Origin: a virus
Taxonomy: Duplodnaviria > Caudoviricetes
DNA length: 27,719 bases
IMG/VR virus record: IMGVR_UViG_3300044448_001601
Location: 1 to 27,719 of that record
Strand: one strand, 5' to 3'
A model generated the notes under the pieces. It made no database searches. It was not told the DNA's origin and was given only the letters and a program-made list of their open reading frames with translations. The position numbers were made by a program, and so were the translations under genes. Shown one piece after another: positions 17,001 to 23,313 of this stretch (the first letter of the stretch is position 1; each line of letters opens with the position of its first letter).

Positions 17001-19986
17001 CATCTAAATCTATTTTCTTAATAGAAAAACCAGCGGCCTTACCCTCAACAGCAGCTTCAAAATTGGCAAGACCTCTATCAGCTAATTCAAACAATGCATC
17101 AGTTTGGTCTAGAGATAATCTTGAGTCTTGAACTCTTTGTCCAACTATATAATCAACTATTTGATTATGCATCCAATCATTTTTCAAACTAGATTTTAAT
17201 TGAAATCCTTGGTCAGATAAAAAATGTTGTAATTTCTGAACGTCTTCATATTTTACACCAACCTGCTTAGAGCTCTTTGTGCCTTCAGAAGCTAGCTTGT
17301 AACCTCCAGAAGCTGCTTGTATTGTTAATACCCTACCAAGCAATCTCCTAGCTTCAGAAATATCCATATCTGCATTACTAAATGATTCTTCATCAAATTT
17401 TATATTTCTAACATCCTTCCTAAGAACAGGTTCAGATTCTGTTGGGCCTTGAAGTAATAAATCAGTACTGATTAATTGAGATATTAAACCACTTCTTACA
17501 TTACTTGGGGCTCCAGCTTCAAATATCTTTGAAACGCTATCAGCAGACCTTATAGCAACATTTCTTGATAATATATGTATGTAATCATTAAAAGAACCAA
17601 AGAATGAAAACTGTTCTTGCATATGCCTATTGTCTGGATACCTTTGTTGAATTGTATCTTCAGCATTTTTAATTGTTTTAAATACACCAGCTAATAATTC
17701 AGAAGACTCTATTTGCTTGGTTTGTAAATCTGTATTTGGATTTTTTTCTCTTGCCCCAATAAGGTCAACAGTAGTTAATACAGAATTAAAACTAGCTATC
17801 TTTCTATTTAAAGCATCAAGGGCATCTTGACCTTCTAATACATTTCCATCAGAATCAACAAGAAGAGGATTGTTATTTTCATCAACTAATAACCCTTTTT
17901 TAGCAGCTTGTTTAATTGAATTGCTAACATTTACTCTCGCAGGAATCCTACCGGGTGAAGATTTATCATTATAGGAAGTCATTTCAAGTTCGTTATCTAT
18001 ATTTTCATCTATACGTCTAACGCTCTCGACCACATCAACAAAATCTTGTTCAAAATCTTTAGTAGCGGATAAAGTAGATTTATCAAAAGCTTTTAAAAGT
18101 TCTTCCGTATCTGCTTTTCTCAAATCTGGATTAATCTTATAGACCTCTTCCATTATTTGCTTAGCTTCTTTAACAGATATTTGCTCAATAGGTTTATACA
18201 TGGATTCTTCACCATGATTAATTAATTTTTCATAGACTATTTCAAATTTTGGAATTCTATTTTCTTGCATAGCTACGCTTTGCTCACCTGCTTTTAAATT
18301 AGTTTCAACAATTTCAGGAGTAGATGATATTATTCCTAAATCCCTAGCCGTATCTACAATAGGTGACCATTCTGTACTATTGAAAGGACTATTCAATGCG
18401 CTATCTCTATATTTTAATGTTGGTATCTCATTAAATTGTCCAGGCCCTACACCAAGTCTCATTAAATTACCACGAAGTTGGTTAACACCTTTAGGGCTCA
18501 TATCAAACTTCGCAGGGTTCGCATGTCTTTGAATCCAAGCTCCAATAAGAAAATGAGGTAATATGTCGTTTACACCTAGTTCTGCCCCATTACGAGCCAT
18601 TTCATAGAACGAATGTAAATTAAATAAAGCTCCACCAGCTATCATTCTAGGCCATACCTCAGCTAGATTTCCAGCAGCTTCTTTAGTTGCGAACCTCATT
18701 AATTCTTTACCCATTTTACCTTTAGTACTTTCCATAAATTCTTTTAAAGCAAATTGAGCATCTTTGCCAAATGTTGACCTTAGTTGACCTAATACATCCC
18801 CATGTGTTAAATCTATTCCAATGGCTTTTTGACCTTTATAACTTATATCTACTAAATGACTTACAGGTTGTCCCTTTAAAGCTTCTGTTCTTTTTAAAGA
18901 CTCTCCCCAGAATTGAGCTGAAGCTTCTATTTGCTTAGCACTCATATTTCTATATAAATCTTTTTTACCAAAAGCTGCTTTAATGCCATGCACCATATCC
19001 TTCTTCCAAGAAGCGGCTGCCCCTCTAGGCATTAACCATCCCAAAGCTCCAAAACCAAGACCAGTTGCTGCTCCCCACATTGGCTGAGTCCAATCAAAGT
19101 TGCCATCCTCAAACATTGTCATACCTTCAAATGTAGTATCAACAACTGATAGCATAACTGCATCATTAATAATATGTGAAAGAGTTTTAGCAGCTCTAGG
19201 ATTATTTGCAAATATTCCACGTTCTGTCATTACTCCGTACCAATCTTGAATTGGTCTATTTTTTAATGCAGGGCCAAACATTTTCTTAGCAGCTACTACT
19301 TCACGAGCAGTTAATTCTCCAACTTGTTCAGCTCTAGATAAATATTGACTTAGAAAATCTTCTGATTTCTTAATAAACTCTCCACCACGAAGTTGATTAT
19401 TGTACTGAGCTTGATTAACAATAGATTTATACCCAGTGGTAATCTCATCAATAGTGTCGTCACCTAATCCCTTTGCTCTTCCCCTCTTAACCATTTCACC
19501 AACAACTTCATCAACATGTTTTTTACCAGTACCTTTCGTAGCCGCCTTTGCTAGCATTTGGCTTATTTTCATACCAGTTTTTAATGGAGCTCCTCCAATA
19601 AACCCTGCAAATCCTCCAATAGCACTAGTCCATTTAGCCATAGGGTCATCAAAGTCTATATACTTTTCTTCGTCTATTAATGCACCAGCCGCTCCGAAAG
19701 AAGCACTATCAGCAAAACTCCAAAGAGCTGCTCCAACTGCGTTTAAAGCACTTGGTTCTACATTAAGAGGGTCTGGTTGATAAGATTGAGCCCATTGCTC
19801 ACCAGAAGAAACATTGGAAACTTGCTCTGGTGTAACTACATTAGAATTACCAACAGTAAATCCCTTAGGTTGGTTTTTTAATGGAGAAGATAATTTATCT
19901 AAGGCATCCTGAACCTGCGTAAGACTAGCTGCTGTCCCACGTTCTTTTAATATAGCTTGTATATTTTTTGTAAGATTATCAGCCAT
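11017..19986 (-). CDS. giant virion protein with a two-barrel (DPBB) RNA polymerase domain; putative virion RNA polymerase
   Basis: 2989 aa. Catalytic-loop-like GDYDVDK (D2062/D2064/D2066, nt 13789-13803) preceded by RKP (R2022), LKGFL and YGNSI. Second-barrel motifs: AFDS (D1625), IKPV (K1653), LGKT (K1669) and SGAKV (K1698). Located in the ejection-protein block. Confidence 0.8.
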   Translation of the reverse strand: MADNLTKNIQAILKERGTAASLTQVQDALDKLSSPLKNQPKGFTVGNSNVVTPEQVSNVSSGEQWAQSYQPDPLNVEPSALNAVGAALWSFADSASFGAAGALIDEEKYIDFDDPMAKWTSAIGGFAGFIGGAPLKTGMKISQMLAKAATKGTGKKHVDEVVGEMVKRGRAKGLGDDTIDEITTGYKSIVNQAQYNNQLRGGEFIKKSEDFLSQYLSRAEQVGELTAREVVAAKKMFGPALKNRPIQDWYGVMTERGIFANNPRAAKTLSHIINDAVMLSVVDTTFEGMTMFEDGNFDWTQPMWGAATGLGFGALGWLMPRGAAASWKKDMVHGIKAAFGKKDLYRNMSAKQIEASAQFWGESLKRTEALKGQPVSHLVDISYKGQKAIGIDLTHGDVLGQLRSTFGKDAQFALKEFMESTKGKMGKELMRFATKEAAGNLAEVWPRMIAGGALFNLHSFYEMARNGAELGVNDILPHFLIGAWIQRHANPAKFDMSPKGVNQLRGNLMRLGVGPGQFNEIPTLKYRDSALNSPFNSTEWSPIVDTARDLGIISSTPEIVETNLKAGEQSVAMQENRIPKFEIVYEKLINHGEESMYKPIEQISVKEAKQIMEEVYKINPDLRKADTEELLKAFDKSTLSATKDFEQDFVDVVESVRRIDENIDNELEMTSYNDKSSPGRIPARVNVSNSIKQAAKKGLLVDENNNPLLVDSDGNVLEGQDALDALNRKIASFNSVLTTVDLIGAREKNPNTDLQTKQIESSELLAGVFKTIKNAEDTIQQRYPDNRHMQEQFSFFGSFNDYIHILSRNVAIRSADSVSKIFEAGAPSNVRSGLISQLISTDLLLQGPTESEPVLRKDVRNIKFDEESFSNADMDISEARRLLGRVLTIQAASGGYKLASEGTKSSKQVGVKYEDVQKLQHFLSDQGFQLKSSLKNDWMHNQIVDYIVGQRVQDSRLSLDQTDALFELADRGLANFEAAVEGKAAGFSIKKIDLDVLNNDSVEYRRAKEYNDWVDRLISDGKRRANDSEGLVSLETGKYVSTDNAFMQMIDGIIHKSPGKYVDATQAITQFIAALPSDGKSYETLRKNIEIFINGSPANAARLSKWLVAAKVISKPGVGAGNWKLNKSWLKKAQEISDELTINMEKFGYDANYSKETYQEIEDATTEKLLDDVYERDKSKPITLQKFWSKYRFGHKDNDVSQLSSKEMADEFQKLIYNNYADVNKDGAIGLLHKDIFTRFTNNVYIEDSFGKWTKLALTNQKSLVAGKLTNALKDYAYLVGSQHRQKPVTEISFNRGNLKVESKVHQRTGFDVLMNTMGMTYYRINPMAPITESVGGRYTRLRHVDLFSGKSQNVDKTAGGYADTVNSQLSVFQGLMKGVMKLPNGDSLASKEGGLEVMRIGNGTDVIAIERGQFKKLFEPFKKLYDEYKDNPEISKETKVWKTLIDKIDRIESDGKDTVINPAEAEYMLHRLTHKEMLTGTEKVGGFKDSMFIDFLNGKNQDKISGRIKLMHTKKFTRFDKDFVENLAQIYEAVERFEHNYNINTVGGIAAEAGRQRSSKRAATALKRVADNDGFGVLVWNDEGYNTVRDDTESIIRRELGANYKDWTWDEMQGKAHQDTSAFDSIAFVNESTMIAAHALMGHNHNSRNPIKPVISSHGEGKPLLLGKTLLVYTRELDSFFRSNPEADILLSKSGAKVMNSNEKIQKDGSVKDLSMINRSWNYISGKDKTTRYYGQGNGRLRKISIEALGLQPQSDTPFKTSPESLSNFNYADNAESGEIFRNQYERYLDYNLDAMQSIAQDPIAMRKFILAEAAKDGLAPNMNGENQSLRELNNIVHFATYSRDANPLSYSDNIAKNKLYAMYINSLVNGKRSVSNQYDGGEGSDRYGGQSIIIQSARGADRLRPTIVKKDGDIAMRGQVMLSQYESRMRLGELAKDGFELRFVEDLGKDYKTIDDIVEYQRQVFEDVGYIVRGKGTRKFDSEFSKEEMQNWTLGEMHEFIQFTNSVLGKDTEIGVIVNRKPRTRPNDMTVLGLKGFLHRDYGNSIQLASLDVVNIFEGDYDVDKADYFFAHQKEMWNHVHRTQQHFINGVDPDSYKIPSEGNVGLTPVNDRDKRWESYADNEQFTKNIGTVQKVPRALSALDNLADTIPNEQLGLYGLEPFYGAESKRKTKTIQDGKLVSSEGAPAKVLLNNPNDNSVITIDYQNVDFFMRSALETQYIIDGSGKLNPEISSNLRRWKDKFLFPSIGNSIAGGESIRDNGGMGFIDNIKHKKDSKRVRVFRKFKTNSKGEKQEVDLTNIEKAVIKEMLSQYNSLLNATGKTMWENSGDQRPPRFTDVMSAAKKYSGFMGDISNSIYYNLRHRRIDSDDPDSKKWMDDSNFNDYFGVETKSYDKWDKGKKYKKKYWKPSRDIFKDLMGQNRIDNNAKQMAMGERGSVVDRIMTQFARRDPFEETTVRSIGGAKEKLMDSWYQQLRTGTDKDVSEATDRFQHEIKEGKWSHQKKVKLIGNLKKKIIDIQNSKLPHVKRKVAIDKVNKFIKELESEIPDALIPEKYKKTKKYKDLKDGIIGFKWIGEDDIKDGTIQYSAIDNLQRILPYGKTLGAPAREFLKEILYMRKQFFSNQDTFKDILEYGDRTILDSESIEYLRTTPDLTTFYEVEHKLLMKGLNEYGFNFVLEYMKPTEDRKNIGVHNGRLIDIPYAKSNRYKRGLQFLTRVAETRPNDDSMVDFLKPENEGGFGPDAQDIVRQNLRNLQTMESQFERFFNDRFDRINLIGDNLVDDPMDVTVRGGVRNLRIEDVRLPDLNKDMSRGLTSFSRIKWSRDKSRISDGFNIMNDHLIDLYRNIAIISGQEQQFREYLDDMTDINSQLMSNRIIHPMDYLADRASLDDKMRNLAQRVLTNPELMGQNNQNVKNIKDNPVYALMGGGKYYNSMSLEKTSTLSHERLRSMQQMFDNLSQVRDNVGYRSNKTKREFIDERIRKYDEGEC

Positions 19987-21560
19987 TAATAATCTTGTTC
20001 GTTAGCCCATACTGAATACAAGTTGTGAACTTCATTTAAAGTAAGACCTAAAGCTACAAGGTCTCCTATTGGTAAGAGAGGGCCATCAGCAGCCGCTAGA
20101 CCTGCGTAAGAAGTAAGTTTAGCACCAAGTCCAGCTGTTAATTGTTTCTTAGCAGCTCCAGAAGAGAGCCAATTTAAGAAAGTTCTTTTTCCCCTTCCTT
20201 TAATTTGATTTTGTAACATTACAGCTGATGCACCATGTCCAACACTTTGACCAACTTTTTGACCAGTGTCGCCAAATATACTTCCAACTGCTCCAGCAGC
20301 CATAGGGACAATAAGAGGAGCTGAATAAGCTAATGTATTTCTAAGACCAACAGATGGTTTCCAATTAACTTTTTCCCATTTTAAATCCATATTTTGAAAC
20401 CATTTATATGGATTCATTACAAACTTATCACCCCATTTACCCATAGTTGTTCTATTTTTATAAGCCCATTCCTTAGCTTTGTCTTGTAATGCTTTTCTTC
20501 CAGCTTTGGTTTGAGCTTCAGTTTTATTCATACCATATTTATCTGCAAATTCTTTAGCATTTAATATATCTGTATCTTTACCAATAGCTCTTGCAGTATT
20601 TTCTTTCATTAAATCAAGGTATTCAGTTACACCCTTAGCTGATTGATAATCATGAAAAGATTTAGCCCCCACCACAGCTGGAGCAGTCCACATAGCTACG
20701 TTAGCAGTTGTTCCAACTACATTGCCAGTCGCATCCCAAAATGATTCAGAAGCTTCTTGGTCTTGTTGTTGTATTAATCCATGCTTTTGTATCTGTTCAG
20801 CTGCTTGTAATGCATCTAATTGATTTAAGGATTCCCCAACCTTTTCTTTTTCAGTAGGCTCTGTTGCAGTAATTAATTGTTCTTGAAATTCATAATCACC
20901 ACTCATTAACTCCATTCTTTCCTTCATAATTACTTCATCGTTTCTTTTACTAGCAACAGCTTGCGATAAAGTTTTTAAATTATTCTTATCATCAAGATTA
21001 TATTGCAATCCCATTAAAGCATTAATTATTCTACTTTGCTCAGCTGTTCCCTCAAGAGGGCCTGCTTCTTTAGCATTATGAACATCTATTGCAAAATCCA
21101 ACAAAAGAGAAGGGTCTTTAGCTATTTTATAATTATATAAAGCTGATGCTAATTCTTGTGATGTATTTTTATCAAATGTGATTTTACCATAATCTTTTCC
21201 TCCAAATTTTATATTTTGGAAATTATCTTTATCATTCAATGCATCAGCTAAGTCTCCTATATGGTCTTCTATGTCGTCTCTGTCGTCACCTTTCTCTGGA
21301 GCTGGAATAGTATCAGCAAATCTTCTAAGATTGGATTCATTTAAGAATTTATCTACAACTTCTGTTTTAAGCATACTATTGTATTTAGAAGAGTCTTCTA
21401 GCATTTTACTAGCTAAGTTGTATTTAGAAACATCTTGCTTAGCTTTGTATTCCATTATAGCTAAAGATTGAGCTACATCGTCTCTATCTTTCTTTTGTTG
21501 ATATTGTAGTATTCTTGTTAATGCTTGTAAAGCATCAGCTCCATATGGATTTGTAGGCAT
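19986..21560 (-). CDS. putative internal virion/ejection protein (524 aa)
   Basis: TAATG-coupled on both sides; helical charged N-half and Gly/Ala-rich hydrophobic C-terminal segments. Confidence 0.55.
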   Translation of the reverse strand: MPTNPYGADALQALTRILQYQQKKDRDDVAQSLAIMEYKAKQDVSKYNLASKMLEDSSKYNSMLKTEVVDKFLNESNLRRFADTIPAPEKGDDRDDIEDHIGDLADALNDKDNFQNIKFGGKDYGKITFDKNTSQELASALYNYKIAKDPSLLLDFAIDVHNAKEAGPLEGTAEQSRIINALMGLQYNLDDKNNLKTLSQAVASKRNDEVIMKERMELMSGDYEFQEQLITATEPTEKEKVGESLNQLDALQAAEQIQKHGLIQQQDQEASESFWDATGNVVGTTANVAMWTAPAVVGAKSFHDYQSAKGVTEYLDLMKENTARAIGKDTDILNAKEFADKYGMNKTEAQTKAGRKALQDKAKEWAYKNRTTMGKWGDKFVMNPYKWFQNMDLKWEKVNWKPSVGLRNTLAYSAPLIVPMAAGAVGSIFGDTGQKVGQSVGHGASAVMLQNQIKGRGKRTFLNWLSSGAAKKQLTAGLGAKLTSYAGLAAADGPLLPIGDLVALGLTLNEVHNLYSVWANEQDY

Positions 21561-22231
21561 TAGAATAAACCTCCGAGACCTGAATTATCAAATGTTTCTT
21601 GAGCCAATTTCTTTTCTCTTGTAAACCTTGCTCTTTCAGATTTTATTCTACCCTTTTCGCCCTCATACCACCCTTCAATACCAGCCATTGTTTCACCAAG
21701 CTTACCCATTAATCCTTCCACTCCAGATGTGTATGTTTGAGCAACTCTTTTAGATTGAGTAGATTCTTTTTCTTTTAGAGTTCCAGAATTAGCCAATCCA
21801 CTTTTCTTAACGGCTTGGTTCATTTGTTTATTAATATCAGCAACAGTGGTATCTAATTCACTTGCAAATTTTTGTTTTGAATGTTCATGTGAGCCTAATG
21901 CAAATGCAGTCTTAGCTTCCTTAGCTGTTTCTAAACCTGTTTCAGCTCCCTCTAAAGATGCTAATCCTTCATTAGCGGCTGATATAGCTGCCTTTGCACC
22001 AGATTGTGCTATCTTACCACTTTGATGCGACTGAGCAAGTGATGTTACAAACATCCCAGCTGCAGCCCACGGGAAGAATTCTTTTAATCCAGTTTGAGGA
22101 TTGATAGAACCAGAACCTCCCATAGCTTTTAATAAGTTTTGTTCTTCTTTAGTAACGTGAGCTAATTCGGTATCGCCATGCCTTCCTTTATTAGCTAATT
22201 GTGATAAATGATTGTTTGCTATACTTGCCAT
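21560..22231 (-). CDS. putative internal virion/pilot protein (223 aa)
   Basis: N-terminal GRHGDTELAHV...LLKAMGGSGSINPQTGLKEF module that I recognise from small phage virion proteins, then a hydrophobic stretch and an Ala/Gly/Lys coiled region; AGGA RBS. Confidence 0.6.
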   Translation of the reverse strand: MASIANNHLSQLANKGRHGDTELAHVTKEEQNLLKAMGGSGSINPQTGLKEFFPWAAAGMFVTSLAQSHQSGKIAQSGAKAAISAANEGLASLEGAETGLETAKEAKTAFALGSHEHSKQKFASELDTTVADINKQMNQAVKKSGLANSGTLKEKESTQSKRVAQTYTSGVEGLMGKLGETMAGIEGWYEGEKGRIKSERARFTREKKLAQETFDNSGLGGLF

Positions 22232-22243
22232 ATCTTATTCCTA

Positions 22244-23074
22244 TTACCTTCCTACTAATGACCTATGCATATTTGCATATTGCCTTTGCGGTGAATGTTC
22301 TGAATTTTTATCAAAGTAACCAGATTTTTTAAACTTTTCTAATTCTTCTTTTGTTAATTGATTTAAAGGCTTTGAAAAATCAAATTTCTCTTTTTTAGGA
22401 GGGCCTATAAATTGTTTGGGGCCTTGAATTTCTTTTTTCTTTTCTTTCTTTACTTCATTATCGCTCATATTGGATTCTTTAGCCATTGAAATCTTTTCTT
22501 TTTTCTTTTTGCCTAATCCAGTCATTGACTTTTCTCCCCACAAGTCTCCTAAATCAAATCCTTTTCGCTTTCCATAATGTTGTTTTTGTTCTTCTTTATG
22601 CTCTTGCTTTGCAGTATCCGATAAAACTCCAGTTACCCCTCCAGTAGATAGAGCAGCATTTCCTCCAGATAAAATTGTTCCCTGAGTAGTCACACCAGTC
22701 TTGCTAAATGTAGTAGTTTTTCCTGTATCATCAGCAAATGTATATTGTCTAGATTTACCACTAACTGCATCCCAAAGCTTTTGACCAAAACCTCTTGAAT
22801 CTTTTTGTAATTCTCCATACTTACCACTGTCTTCAATGTTTTTTAAATCTTGTTTAAAGTCAGCTTTTTCTTTTAATGAATCATGAATAGCTCCACCAGC
22901 TTCAATTAGGGAAGTGATAGCTCCAAACTTCATATCTGATTGTTGTTGTCTTTGCTGTGTTTCTCGACTAGTAAATGATAATTCGTCACCAGCTATACTA
23001 GCATCAGTAATATCAGCCTTGTATTCAGCGCCAGCTTTTCCAGCAGCCATAGCTTTATCAAAAAGATTACCCAT
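22244..23074 (-). CDS. putative internal virion protein (276 aa), low complexity, Lys-rich C-terminus
   Basis: Long ORF heading the ejection block; Gly/Thr-rich middle and Lys-rich tail. Confidence 0.55.
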   Translation of the reverse strand: MGNLFDKAMAAGKAGAEYKADITDASIAGDELSFTSRETQQRQQQSDMKFGAITSLIEAGGAIHDSLKEKADFKQDLKNIEDSGKYGELQKDSRGFGQKLWDAVSGKSRQYTFADDTGKTTTFSKTGVTTQGTILSGGNAALSTGGVTGVLSDTAKQEHKEEQKQHYGKRKGFDLGDLWGEKSMTGLGKKKKEKISMAKESNMSDNEVKKEKKKEIQGPKQFIGPPKKEKFDFSKPLNQLTKEELEKFKKSGYFDKNSEHSPQRQYANMHRSLVGR

Positions 23075-23124
23075 TTATATAACCTATAATAATTGTACTT
23101 ATACGATTTAATTTAACAAACATC

Positions 23125-23313
23125 CTACGCTTTATCTAATATTTTCTTGTACATAACACCATTACTTTTAATATACTCAACAACTCCCTCATCAGTCCGT
23201 CTTATTTCTGGAGTGCCTTCTCTCAAATCAGATAAAATTGGTTTACCTTCACGAATTTGTATTCTTTCTTGTTTTTTATGCAATGCGACTCTTTCTTGTC
23301 TTGTCATTGTCAT
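23125..23313 (-). CDS. hypothetical protein (62 aa), probably virion-associated
   Basis: ATGA overlap with the stop of the tail-tube gene. Confidence 0.65.
   Translation of the reverse strand: MTMTRQERVALHKKQERIQIREGKPILSDLREGTPEIRRTDEGVVEYIKSNGVMYKKILDKA

Noticed and set aside
11017-19986. Tape-measure protein or N4/T7-type single-subunit RNAP as the identity of the 2989-aa ORF
   Set aside because: There are no tape-measure repeats and the tail gene is podovirus-like. I could not find convincing T7/N4 motifs (DxxGR, RxxxKxxxMxxxYG, HD), whereas the two-barrel motifs occur in order.
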